NCBI GenBank assembly: GCA_043803745.1
Contig: JAZDJS010000049.1
Span: forward strand, 13,920 to 77,919
From: an archaeon
Lineage (GTDB): Archaea; SpSt-1190; DYHY01
DNA length: 64,000 nucleotides
Direction of reading: 5' to 3'
Part shown: positions 9,186-17,983 of the stretch, one piece after another
Layout of the letters: every line of letters begins with the position of its first letter
Numbering within the stretch: the first letter of the stretch is position 1
Made by a program: the position numbers and the translations under genes
Notes under the pieces: model-generated
The model's database searches: none
Seen by the model: only the letters and a program-made list of their open reading frames with translations
Told to the model about the DNA's origin: nothing

Positions 9186-10684
9186 GGGAGGACAACCTCC
9201 GAAAGCCAGGAAAGGTCGTTCTGATAGTTCATTCGTATGTCCGTTTGCGCGAGTTTCAGCATTGCAAGCCGGTCAAGCCCGAGGCCCCACGCAAGGACGG
9301 GATACTCAAGCCCCGTCAGCGGCTTGACAACCTCCGGCCTGAAAATCCCCGCCCCTCCAAGCTCCATCCATCCCTTGCCCTCGATATAAACTTCCGGCTC
9401 AACTGACATTTCAGTATATGGGAAATATGCCGGACGGAACCTCACCCGCTCGAAACCCATCTGCCCTACATAGAACTCGCGCAAATAGCCGAGGAGGTTC
9501 CTGAAGGTAACGTTCTCGTCAAAAACAATACCCTCGACCTGGTAGAGCTCGGCAAGGTGCTTGTAGTCGAGGGTTTCGTTCCGGTAGACTTTGTCAATTG
9601 TGAATATTTTCGCGGGGGGTTTGTATTTGACAAGGGAGCGGGCGGAAACTGCCGTAGTGTGCGTGCGGAGAACCAGCTGGCGGGTTATTTCCTCGGACCA
9701 GGTGCCCCCCCAGCCCCTTCTTGAGCCAGTTATTCCGTGCTCGTGTGCCGCCTTCACCTTCGGAACAAGAAGTTCCGGGACATTCGCCCTTGAAGGGGTT
9801 GAGAGATAGAAAGTGTCCGCAAGGTCGCGCGCGGGATGGTCCTGGGGCTGGAAAAGGGCGTCGAAACACCAAAAGGTCGATTCGACGAAGGGGCCCCGCT
9901 CCTCGGTGAATCCCATCTGGAGGAAAATCCTCCTTACCTGCTCGATTATCGAATGAAGGGGGTGGTGTTTCCCTGTCCTTGGAACGGGGGCTTGCGCATT
10001 CATATCGAACGCGCGGAATTCCAACTCCCGCCATTTCCCGGTTTCCAAAAGCTCCGGGGTAAGGCTCGTTTCCTTCGCCCTTATTCCCGAGGCAACCAGG
10101 TTGAGACCGGCTTCAGTTATCCTTGCCCTGTGTTCTTTCCGCTCGACCGGAACCGCCCATTTCCTGTGGACAAGGAGTTTTGCGACATCCTCCATAAGGG
10201 GCCCTGCACTTGACAGGATTTTCCCAAGCGCGTCCTCTTCGGGGGTTTTCAAGCTTAGGAAATCCGCGCCCCGGGGGGTTACCGAAACTATTGTTTCTCC
10301 GTCAATTTTGGTTATTTCCACAAGCCCGGCTTTCTTGAGATGGCCAATTGAGATTGAAACAAGCTGTTCGTCAAGCCCGACTTTTGCGGAAATCCTTGGA
10401 AGCGAGGTGTTCCCGGTTGAAAGAAGCGCTAAGATGATTTTCTTTTCCGGGAGGCCCTCCTTTGCAACCTGCGCGCCCTCCTGGGTTATCTTGAAAAGGA
10501 GGTCCGCCTTTTCCGCAAGCTCGGCGAATCCCTTCGTTGAGAGGAAATAGGCAGTCCTCGTCGCCGAGATTTTCTCGATTCCCGCAACCTTTGCAAGCTG
10601 CTCTGTTGAGATTTCCCCGCCGGAGGCTCCGGCAAGAGCCTTGAGAACCGCTATTTCAAGCGGGTGGAGGTCTGGTCCGATCAT
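9182..10684 (-). CDS. pheS: Phenylalanyl-tRNA synthetase alpha subunit (archaeal type)
   Basis: FDALFQPQDHPARD, LRTHTTAVS, YRNE, FPYTE and WGLGLDRL motifs; start taken at ATG 10684. Confidence 0.96.
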   Translation of the reverse strand: MIGPDLHPLEIAVLKALAGASGGEISTEQLAKVAGIEKISATRTAYFLSTKGFAELAEKADLLFKITQEGAQVAKEGLPEKKIILALLSTGNTSLPRISAKVGLDEQLVSISIGHLKKAGLVEITKIDGETIVSVTPRGADFLSLKTPEEDALGKILSSAGPLMEDVAKLLVHRKWAVPVERKEHRARITEAGLNLVASGIRAKETSLTPELLETGKWRELEFRAFDMNAQAPVPRTGKHHPLHSIIEQVRRIFLQMGFTEERGPFVESTFWCFDALFQPQDHPARDLADTFYLSTPSRANVPELLVPKVKAAHEHGITGSRRGWGGTWSEEITRQLVLRTHTTAVSARSLVKYKPPAKIFTIDKVYRNETLDYKHLAELYQVEGIVFDENVTFRNLLGYLREFYVGQMGFERVRFRPAYFPYTEMSVEPEVYIEGKGWMELGGAGIFRPEVVKPLTGLEYPVLAWGLGLDRLAMLKLAQTDIRMNYQNDLSWLSEVVLP

Positions 10685-10740
10685 TCTTCTAGGGAAAAAA
10701 CGGGGAAGAATAAAAGGGTTTTGCTGGGCTGAGCTTTGCA

Positions 10741-11529
10741 CTAAAAAGCTTCCCTTTCCCGTGCAGCCAACGCTTCATATGCGCCGGTTAGGAAACCCGT
10801 TTCGCTTGAAAGGACTGCGAAGTGCGTTGGCGGGCCGATTGCCCCGCACAATCCGCTTATTTCCTCGCAAACTGCGCCCAGATATGCAACGCAGCCGGAA
10901 AAGTCGCCAAGCGAAACGGCTCCTGCTGGCGGCGGCCAGGCGGTTTCCTTCAAATCTCCCTTGTGGCGAAGCGCATGCCCGCCAAGAGCGGATTTGTAGG
11001 GCAGTCCCGCAGAATCCAAGCAAGTGCTGACTGTTCTTTTTCCAATCTCCTCAAGAGCGGCCTTTTTTTCTCCGAGTTCATTCCAGAGTTCAATGTATTT
11101 GTCTATATCCGGGTCAACCGAGCTCAGGTAAATTGCAGTCCCGTCAAGGCCCGCCACAAGAATTCCGACGTTATACTGTAGGTCTGGCGCGGCATTTTTG
11201 AAAAAATCCGTTCCTTCGTAGCCGTTCGTCAATTCGTTGAAAATTTCTTGCCTTCTCCTTCTGAAGCCTTGGATGCTTTCGAAATATCTGCTGACAACAT
11301 CCTCAACGCAAGCATCCGAAGGGATTTTCTTTGCGAGCCTTCGGGATCGTATGGCATCTCCTGCAGTTCCGAGGAGAAGCTTTCCGCGTTTGAAGATTTT
11401 CCTGTTAACATAACCCGGAAGCGGGTTGGCTGTGCAGGCAGTCCCATCTGGGCCTAGTTCAGCAACTTCCTGCCCGTCGGAAACAATGAAAACTTTCCCT
11501 GGCGCGGCAATTGCTCCAAGATAGGTCAT
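10741..11529 (-). CDS. Hypothetical protein, proteasome-beta/Ntn-hydrolase-like
   Basis: Met-Thr start, Asp at mature position 17, then RKIF and GTAGDA. Confidence 0.5.
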   Translation of the reverse strand: MTYLGAIAAPGKVFIVSDGQEVAELGPDGTACTANPLPGYVNRKIFKRGKLLLGTAGDAIRSRRLAKKIPSDACVEDVVSRYFESIQGFRRRRQEIFNELTNGYEGTDFFKNAAPDLQYNVGILVAGLDGTAIYLSSVDPDIDKYIELWNELGEKKAALEEIGKRTVSTCLDSAGLPYKSALGGHALRHKGDLKETAWPPPAGAVSLGDFSGCVAYLGAVCEEISGLCGAIGPPTHFAVLSSETGFLTGAYEALAAREREAF

Positions 11530-11581
11530 TAAACCACTTGGAAATGGTAAGTTATTAAACTTTGCGGGTTTTACTGGTTTC

Positions 11582-11884
11582 CTAGGACATTACAAGCCCG
11601 AAACCGGCTTCGGCAGCCTTTTCCTGGTCCTTGACTGCGGTGATTATCTGCGCGCCTTCATCTCCCTCAACCTCCGGATATGGCTTGAGGTTTTCGGCGT
11701 TCTTGAGGAAGAATTCAATTGGCGCTGAAACTATCAGGAAATAATCCTCGCCCTTGAGGTTTAGCGCCTTCGCAGACTTGAGAAAATACCCTTGGGTCTT
11801 GAAATCATCCTTCTCGAGAAGCTCGGACTTCGCCTTGTCAAGTTCGGAGGGGGCAATCTTGAAAACCTTCTCGGCAAAGGACAT
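11582..11884 (-). CDS. Hypothetical protein, translationally coupled to sepF
   Basis: 100-aa ORF overlapping the sepF stop; C-terminal AEAGFG. Confidence 0.75.
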   Translation of the reverse strand: MSFAEKVFKIAPSELDKAKSELLEKDDFKTQGYFLKSAKALNLKGEDYFLIVSAPIEFFLKNAENLKPYPEVEGDEGAQIITAVKDQEKAAEAGFGLVMS

Positions 11885-12279
11885 CAGAACGCGCTCTCCT
11901 TCTCAACCCGTATCTTGTCGGAAACGACAAGGAGCCACTTTGTGTCAAGCCCCAGTATTTCCCCGCCGAGCCGAGCGCAGGCAACCTTGACCTTCGAAAT
12001 GCCCCGCTTGACTTCCTCAACATCGTTTATGTTCGCAATGTTAATAAGAATCAGCTCGTGGGATTGGAGAAGGGTCCGAACAAGATCCATTTCCTCCGCC
12101 CGGGTTGCCCTGATTATCTTAACCCGGTAGGGCTTCTTTCGTGCAGTCCCCGGCTCGTTCGGATTGTTCGCAAGCTCCTCAATGGATTCCTCGAACTCCA
12201 TGACATATTCGGTTGGAATTTCCTTTTTCTGGATGAATGGAAGCCGCCTCTTAATTGAACGGATAAGATTCTGTGCCAT
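11884..12279 (-). CDS. sepF: Cell division protein SepF
   Basis: LILINI...KVKVACARLGGEILGL...LLVV, the archaeal SepF pattern. Confidence 0.8.
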   Translation of the reverse strand: MAQNLIRSIKRRLPFIQKKEIPTEYVMEFEESIEELANNPNEPGTARKKPYRVKIIRATRAEEMDLVRTLLQSHELILINIANINDVEEVKRGISKVKVACARLGGEILGLDTKWLLVVSDKIRVEKESAF

Positions 12280-12306
12280 TCCGGGGTTCAGACGACAACG
12301 CCCGTT

Positions 12307-13275
12307 TTAATCCTTTTCTGTTTTGCCCATCCGATGCAGCAGTATCCCGTTGCGCTCGGAATAGTCGACCGCTGATTTCCGGAATTCCGTGGCGAAAAGG
12401 TGGAGGTGTGCCGGAACGCCGAGGAGGATTGACTTTTCCCTGAGAATGCGCACGGCCTGGACGGATGCATCCCTCGGGGAAATGTCGCAAAGGTGGAGGG
12501 AACCGTTCACCGGCTGGAAAACGACAAGGTCGAAGGAAAGCCGCCGCTCGACAATCCCCTCCTTCCTTTCGAAGGAGAATCGGGAGAACTTGAAATTCCT
12601 CGTGAATTTTCCGCCGGGAAACTCTTGCTCGGCAAGGGGAAGAAACCCACCTTTCCCGCCCGGGCGCTCGGCCGGTCCCTCCGGCAAAGCAAGTTCCCTG
12701 TCCGGAAGAAAAAGCACCTGTTTCCCGCCCGGCACCTGCTCTTCCCCGACAAGGGAAAATTCGAAAAGCGGCTTGAGGGAGTGCTCAGCCTGGCTCCTTG
12801 GGCAGGGAAGGCTTTCCACTGGAAGAAAATTCCTCCGTTCAAGAGCAAGGAGAACCTCCTTTCCAAGGGATTTCTGGCGGGCCGAAAGGTAGATTTTCCT
12901 CAGCTTCTCAGCCGCCTTCGCCCTGTCAGTGAAGAAAATGAGGCCGTGCTTCCCGCCTCGGCCAATCTGGATTTTGTTAATTGATTTCTTGAATTCGGGA
13001 GGCAGTTTCGAGAGGAGCGGGCCGAGAAGGTGTCTTACCGAGCGGTTCAACGCGGAAACCGCGCTTTTGTTGCTTAGTGCTCGGGAGAATTGGATTGAAT
13101 AAAGGCGTTTAAGCTCGGAAACGGTCTGCTTTCCTCCCGCCTCCGCAAGCGCAAGCTCGAAAAGCTCCTTTTCAGTCCTTGGCTCAGAAGAGATTTTTTC
13201 CGGGAGGGCGCTTGAAAGCCGTGCGGTAAGAGTTGCCTCCCATTTCTCCCCGAAATCTATCTTAGCCCTTGGCAC
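12307..13275 (-). CDS. Hypothetical protein with C-terminal PD-(D/E)xK restriction-endonuclease-like domain
   Basis: FDLVVF...CDIS followed by FATEFRKSAVDYSERNGILL, an Mrr-like tail. Confidence 0.5.
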   Translation of the reverse strand: MPRAKIDFGEKWEATLTARLSSALPEKISSEPRTEKELFELALAEAGGKQTVSELKRLYSIQFSRALSNKSAVSALNRSVRHLLGPLLSKLPPEFKKSINKIQIGRGGKHGLIFFTDRAKAAEKLRKIYLSARQKSLGKEVLLALERRNFLPVESLPCPRSQAEHSLKPLFEFSLVGEEQVPGGKQVLFLPDRELALPEGPAERPGGKGGFLPLAEQEFPGGKFTRNFKFSRFSFERKEGIVERRLSFDLVVFQPVNGSLHLCDISPRDASVQAVRILREKSILLGVPAHLHLFATEFRKSAVDYSERNGILLHRMGKTEKD

Positions 13276-13376
13276 GGCTTGAAAAGGCGCCGGGCAGTTA
13301 AATTAGTTTCTTTGGGGTTTAAGGGAGGGTCCCCTGGAGGTAAAACCTTATTTACCTCAAGCTCCGGCCTTTTGCC

Positions 13377-13586
13377 ATGGTAGAAACTGGGACGATTGCA
13401 GTACAAGTCAAGCTTGCGGACGGCAAATCCGCAACTGTCGTGGGAATCCTAAAGAACGACGGGGACGATGTTGTTCTGAGGACTGAAAAGCCGGGGGTTG
13501 AGCTGCATTTCAATTATGTCCCGCTCCTGGAATACCTTTTCTCGGTTGAGAAGGAAAGGAAGAAAATAAAGCTAAAGCGGATGTGA
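13377..13586 (+). CDS. Small hypothetical protein (SH3/Sm-like beta fold possible)
   Basis: 69-aa ORF about 25 nt after the TATA-like TTATTTA; co-oriented with the next gene. Confidence 0.6.
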   Translation: MVETGTIAVQVKLADGKSATVVGILKNDGDDVVLRTEKPGVELHFNYVPLLEYLFSVEKERKKIKLKRM

Positions 13587-13598
13587 GCTGGAAAGGGA

Positions 13599-14057
13599 AT
13601 GGTTTTCGAGGGAGAGCTCGTAATTGTCCTTAACGAGCCCGCTAGCGAGGAGGAGCTTGTTTTTTTCGCGCGGACCGTTTTCGAATTCCCCTCGCCAACG
13701 TTCGTAATCTGCAATTCCCCGCCTTCCGTGAAGAAGGGTGTTGCCGAGGTCAATAGGATTGCGGGCAATATGGGGAGGAGTGTCCTGATTGTCCCGGACT
13801 GGGGCGCGGCAATTGAGATGTTCAAGCCCGAACGGGTCTTCTATTTTGACCACAAGGTTACGAGGGGGCTTGATGTAAGGAAGATTGCCGAACCCCTCAA
13901 GGCGGACAAGACAGTTGTAATTGTTTTCGGCACCGCGCCCCTGAAGGGCATGGAACACCTAGGACTCGAGTCCGAGCTTCTCCTGCCAACCGCCGTCGGG
14001 ATTGCAATCTACCTTGTGCAGGAAGCCCTCAATCCGGCAACTCCGACGCTAGTTTGA
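13599..14057 (+). CDS. DUF2122-like archaeal protein (SPOUT-like fold)
   Basis: VIVLNEPAS...FFARTV...GVAEV...VLIVPD...AIEMFKPERV pattern. Confidence 0.65.
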   Translation: MVFEGELVIVLNEPASEEELVFFARTVFEFPSPTFVICNSPPSVKKGVAEVNRIAGNMGRSVLIVPDWGAAIEMFKPERVFYFDHKVTRGLDVRKIAEPLKADKTVVIVFGTAPLKGMEHLGLESELLLPTAVGIAIYLVQEALNPATPTLV

Positions 14058-14819
14058 GATCTCCCTCTCAATTACAGGGAGGGCTTCCCTTGCTATTTCA
14101 GAAACGTTGAGGAGTTTGAGGTCATGGGGTGCTTTGATTGAGTATTCCCTGCATCCCTTGTAAAGGACCCTTAGCTTTCCTTTGGAGGAAGGATCAATAA
14201 CCCTGTCGTTTTTTGAGTTTATTAAAACGACTGGCAGAGAAACTTCCTTTCCCGGCAAAGGGAGTTTGTAATTAACTATTGAAAGCCACTGCTCGTTTAT
14301 GCTCCTTAGGTCAACTGAATAAAGCCCTGAAAGCGCGGGGATTGTTGAAACGACAAGAAAGCGATAGATTTTCCGGAGGGTTTCGGAAAATCTGCAGGGA
14401 TAAAAGAAGAAATTTATGGCCGCCTTGCCCACTGGGCGGAAATATTCCCCGCCTAAGACTATGAACGCCTTTTCAAAATCGCACCGTTTCCCGCGGGCAA
14501 TTATCTCGTTAGCAACGGCTGCACCGAAGCTCACTCCTATCAGGACCGGCCTCTTTAGCTTGAGGGCCCTCTTCCAGGCAAGAATTCTTTCGGCAAGCGC
14601 GGGGATTGAATTGTCCTCTGTGCAGTCCGACTCCCCCCGCCCCGGGTAGTCCGGGGAAAGAATCCTGAACTTGAGATTTCTCTCCCTTAGGAAGTCTTCA
14701 ATGGAATTCCCAAGGAGGTCGCCTGGCTGGAGGAAGACAAGGGTCTTTTCCGGGTTCCTGCAGCAGTTGTCATAGTAAGATATTCGACTTCCTTTGACCT
14801 TGACTCTCTTCTTAGCCAT
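14049..14819 (-). CDS. Alpha/beta hydrolase
   Basis: PDYPGRGES, nucleophile elbow GVSFG, and D/H positions (NDRVI, APH). Confidence 0.85.
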   Translation of the reverse strand: MAKKRVKVKGSRISYYDNCCRNPEKTLVFLQPGDLLGNSIEDFLRERNLKFRILSPDYPGRGESDCTEDNSIPALAERILAWKRALKLKRPVLIGVSFGAAVANEIIARGKRCDFEKAFIVLGGEYFRPVGKAAINFFFYPCRFSETLRKIYRFLVVSTIPALSGLYSVDLRSINEQWLSIVNYKLPLPGKEVSLPVVLINSKNDRVIDPSSKGKLRVLYKGCREYSIKAPHDLKLLNVSEIAREALPVIEREISN

Positions 14820-14910
14820 CCCTTCAATTGGAATTGTCTTTAGAGGATATTATCCTTTTCTCTCGCCGGAAACAAATAAAAAGGACGTTTTCCACCAAAA
14901 CGAATCAACG

Positions 14911-15025
14911 CGGGTCCGTGGGCTAGTGGGCTAGTGGCCTGTGTCCTCCTCAGAGGACACTGATGCTCTGAGGAGCATTATGATATAAGGCACTAGACCG
15001 CGGGACCAGCTGAACAGAGACAAAC
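14911..15025 (-). repeat. Fold-back insertion at the 5' end of tRNA-Val(CAC)
   Basis: Displaced tRNA 5' copy at 14911-14929, antisense copy CACTAGACCGCGGGACC at 14991-15007, and two hairpins at 14941-14978. Confidence 0.8.
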
Positions 15026-15098
15026 GGGTCCGTGGTCTAGTGGTTATGACGGCGCTCTCACACAGCGCAGGCCGCCGGTTCAATTCCGGCCGGGCCCA
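15026..15098 (+). tRNA. tRNA-Val(CAC)
   Basis: GGGTCCG/CGGGCCC acceptor stem, anticodon arm GCGCT-CTCACAC-AGCGC, T-loop TTCAATT. Confidence 0.96.
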
Positions 15099-15186
15099 CT
15101 TGAACTCAACTTACCGCTTCGCGGATTTATCTTTGAGTTCAAGGACTTTCGCCTTCGCCCTTTTGGGGCTCGGCTCCAGCCACCAT
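15099..15186 (+). repeat. 88-nt hairpin element shared with tRNA-Val(TAC)
   Basis: Matches the reverse complement of 55196-55283 with 1 mismatch; stem CTTGAACTCAA/TTGAGTTCAAG, tail GACTTTCGC...GCTCGG. Confidence 0.92.
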
Positions 15187-15380
15187 GAATCCTACCGGTT
15201 CCCGAACATTAGTGAGGCCCGTGCATTTCAGCACGGGAATTCCGGCCGGGTCCCTCCGACTTCGGCTGGATTGTCTGCAGGCAACTCTGAGGAGGAACTA
15301 CGCACTGCGTGCCTATGCTCGGTCACCCCTCGCTTTCCGTCCGGTTCGTAAGCGCTAGCGAAATCCGTGCCTCAACCGGA
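15187..15380 (+). repeat. Further stacked hairpin units with a tRNA-Val 3'-end copy
   Basis: AATTCCGGCCGGGTCC (15238-15253) with antisense arm CGGCTGGATT; tails ...ATGCTCGG and ...CGAAATCCGTGCCTCAA, the latter also present at 55034-55072 on the minus strand. Confidence 0.7.
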
Positions 15381-15971
15381 CCTGACAATTTTCCCTTCGG
15401 GCTTATCCTCGGAAAAAATCTCGGACTGGAATTTCGAGAAGGTCAGGGAACTGAAATTGGTAACCCAGATGTCTGGGGGGAGTCCCGCTTTCTGGCAGGT
15501 TTGGGAAATGAACTCCGGGACATTCCAGCCAAGTTCAACGGGAACCTGGGGAAGGAGGAGTCCTGAGAAGGAACGGTACCTGACGATAAGCCCGTCCGTT
15601 CCGATTTCGACCGAGGAAATCAGCTTCTTCACGTCCTTGGCAAATATCCTTTTCGGCTTTGTAAGGACAGAAACCTCGAAAAGCGTTTTCGGAAGTTCCC
15701 CTTCCCCGAGCGGCGGGAACCGGGAATCCCGGAACGCTGCCGAGAAAGCGGCCTCGAGAAGAGCGTCCTTCAGGGGGAAAATCGGCTCGGTGAAACCAAC
15801 ACAGCCGCGCAGGGCTTTTCCGGGGTATGTTGAAAGGGTCACGAAACAGCCCAGTTTCTCCTCGCATGCTTTCGGCCAGTCAAACTCAATGCTGCTGCGG
15901 GGATTGGCGAACTTTGCCTTGAGATAGGTTCTCGCAGCCTTGACAAGGAATTTTCCGACAAGGAGGTTCAT
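15372..15971 (-). CDS. AMMECR1/TIGR00296 family protein
   Basis: GCFVTL, LRGCVG, AAFRDSRF, EVSVLT, GLLLPQVPVE and CQKAGL motifs. Confidence 0.93.
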   Translation of the reverse strand: MNLLVGKFLVKAARTYLKAKFANPRSSIEFDWPKACEEKLGCFVTLSTYPGKALRGCVGFTEPIFPLKDALLEAAFSAAFRDSRFPPLGEGELPKTLFEVSVLTKPKRIFAKDVKKLISSVEIGTDGLIVRYRSFSGLLLPQVPVELGWNVPEFISQTCQKAGLPPDIWVTNFSSLTFSKFQSEIFSEDKPEGKIVRSG

Positions 15972-16579
15972 TCGCGCCGTCGACCTCTTTTTTCAGTTGA
16001 ATAAATCAGCCCGCCAACAATTCCCAGAAGAAGGATTCCGCCGAAGCCAATTGACGGGGTGCTTACCGTGAAAACGCCCTTTTTGTTTGCCTCGACAAGG
16101 AAGCTGGTGCATGCCTTCGAATTCGGGTGTGTGTTGTTGACCTCTGCAAGCAGGGCATCCTCGGCGTTGATGCAGACGGAATATGCGCCAATGGCGCCCC
16201 CGAGGAAAACAATCGGGATTTTCCTCGTCTCATTCTGGGAGACTATCACTGAAATGCTCGGTGTCCCTCCGACAAATTTTGTGAAATAGCGTCCCTCACC
16301 GGAGAATGAAAGGCGGATTTCCCGGATTTCCGGAAGGGGCGAGGCAAGAAGGACCGAGAAGGTTTTCCGCTCCCCGAGGGGAACCCTCACGAGAGGCGGC
16401 TGGGTATATGCGAAATCGGAGAGGTAACACTGGTCGAAAGTCGGGCTGCAGCTTTCGCCGCCCGGGCAGTCCGAATCGCTTGTGCAGGCGGAAAAGGCCG
16501 GGGAACTTAGGAAAGCTAGGACAAGGAATGTAAGAAATGTCTTTGCTGCTGCAGCTGTTTTCCTTGCCTTTGGAACCAT
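15968..16579 (-). CDS. Secreted/membrane-anchored hypothetical protein
   Basis: Signal peptide, CTSDSDCPGGESC Cys motif, Ig-like middle region, C-terminal TM helix with basic tail. Confidence 0.7.
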   Translation of the reverse strand: MVPKARKTAAAAKTFLTFLVLAFLSSPAFSACTSDSDCPGGESCSPTFDQCYLSDFAYTQPPLVRVPLGERKTFSVLLASPLPEIREIRLSFSGEGRYFTKFVGGTPSISVIVSQNETRKIPIVFLGGAIGAYSVCINAEDALLAEVNNTHPNSKACTSFLVEANKKGVFTVSTPSIGFGGILLLGIVGGLIYSTEKRGRRRE

Positions 16580-16633
16580 CTGGGAGGAAGCTCCCGCTAG
16601 CCCTGAATAAATAGTTTCTTTTCCGGGAAAGCC

Positions 16634-17119
16634 CTAGCCCTTGATGTCTTCCTGGAGGTTCTCGAGATCCTCCTCGTGCTTGACCTCATCCTCGAGAATT
16701 TTCCTAATCATGTTGAAGGTGATATAGTCTTCCGAACCCTTGAGGGTCTTGAGAATCCTGATGTAAACCCCTATTACGCACCTTTCGCCCTTGATATTCT
16801 GGGCAAGGAGAGCTTTTGTAGACGGGTTGGTTGGAGCGGCATATCCGCAGTTCCCTTCCTTCAGAAGAGCTGAAAACTCGAGAATCGGCTTGCCGCCAAG
16901 CTCGATTATGCGGTTGGCAAGCATGTCTGCGTGGCCCTTCTCCTCGTTGGCATGCTCGGAAAGCTCCTTGGCAACGTCAGGCCTCATCGGTCCCGTTGCG
17001 ACAAGGGCGCCAGTCCAATACTGGTAATAGGCAAGCCATTCGTCAGCAAGAGCCTTGTTAAGGAGCCTGATTAGTTCGTCAACCTTTTCCCCTGCAATTT
17101 CCCTTCCTAGTTTTCCCAT
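16634..17119 (-). CDS. Ferritin-like DPS-like (DpsL) protein
   Basis: ALADEWLAYYQYW, EE..HA, GERC and EDEVKHEEDL di-iron motifs. Confidence 0.9.
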   Translation of the reverse strand: MGKLGREIAGEKVDELIRLLNKALADEWLAYYQYWTGALVATGPMRPDVAKELSEHANEEKGHADMLANRIIELGGKPILEFSALLKEGNCGYAAPTNPSTKALLAQNIKGERCVIGVYIRILKTLKGSEDYITFNMIRKILEDEVKHEEDLENLQEDIKG

Positions 17120-17235
17120 ACCGCCGATGACAAGGGTGCATTTAAGATTTCTTTTCCGCCCGGAACGGACTCGGGGGGTTGTTTTCCGGGCAAATTCCTG
17201 GCAAGCGTTTTAAATCGGGCAAGCGCCCTTTGGAA

Positions 17236-17814
17236 ATGCCGCAGGCAAATCCGCAAAAGGAACCGTGGGCAAGCGTTAGCGAGGATGGCGGAGTTCTCCG
17301 AGTAAGGCTTCCGGACGCCCTTGAACGGAAATATCTCTCATATGACGAGGGGGATTTCCAGGAGCAGGCTGAAGATGCATTAGCGCTCCTTTCCAAAGGG
17401 CAGGTTGGAAGAATAGTTTACCAGAACGAAGCTCCCGGCGGGGATGACTTGCTAAGGAAGGGCTTTGAAGCAAGCGTCATGGAAGCTGCCATCTACGAGG
17501 AGAAATACGGAAAATTGCTCTCAAGGCTAGGGGCCTATCTTAGACAGGCCGTTTCCCCGGCATTCTGGTCGCTAGTAACTATCGGGGCTGTGGATTTCGG
17601 ATATGACGTTATTCAATCTGACGCTCCAGTCCAGCTCAAGGTAATTGGCGGGGTAACCTCCCTTGTCTTTGGAGGGCTGGCTGCATTCGAGGGCTGGCGC
17701 GGTTTCCAAAGCCTGAAGGAAGCTTTTGAAGCTGACAAAACCGCTACGAGGAACGCCGAACTTGCCATAGAATACCTCGACCTTGCGCAGGATGCCGGTT
17801 CCTATGCGAACTAG
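17236..17814 (+). CDS. Hypothetical membrane protein
   Basis: Open ORF with two C-terminal hydrophobic segments; ATG 17236 follows TTTTAAA. Confidence 0.6.
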   Translation: MPQANPQKEPWASVSEDGGVLRVRLPDALERKYLSYDEGDFQEQAEDALALLSKGQVGRIVYQNEAPGGDDLLRKGFEASVMEAAIYEEKYGKLLSRLGAYLRQAVSPAFWSLVTIGAVDFGYDVIQSDAPVQLKVIGGVTSLVFGGLAAFEGWRGFQSLKEAFEADKTATRNAELAIEYLDLAQDAGSYAN

Positions 17815-17870
17815 CTTTTGGCAAGACAAGGAAACCGGGGAATGAAATCTTTTCATCCGGGGCCTCGGAT

Positions 17871-17884
17871 AACAATATAAACCG
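17871..17884 (+). promoter_or_regulatory. Putative BRE/TATA box of tRNA-iMet
   Basis: AACAATATAAA about 25-30 nt upstream of the tRNA. Confidence 0.55.
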
Positions 17885-17905
17885 CCAAAAGTCCTTTCTT
17901 GCAAC

Positions 17906-17983
17906 AGCGGGGTAGAGTAGCCTGGAGTGCTCGTCGGGCTCATAACCCGAAGATCGGACGTTCAAATCGTTCCCCCGCTACCA
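17906..17983 (+). tRNA. Initiator tRNA-Met(CAT), CCA encoded
   Basis: A1-U72 pair (AGCGGGG/CCCCGCT); three consecutive G-C pairs in the anticodon stem TCGGG-CTCATAA-CCCGA. Confidence 0.96.

Noticed and set aside
15040-15351. ORFs 15040..15351, 55083..55385 and 55121..55342, which resemble each other
   Set aside because: They are translations of the tRNA-Val genes plus the shared non-coding element.
16597-16642. CTAGCCCT repeated after the dps-like gene stop
   Set aside because: Only 8 bp, with no matching antisense arm; cannot be separated from chance.
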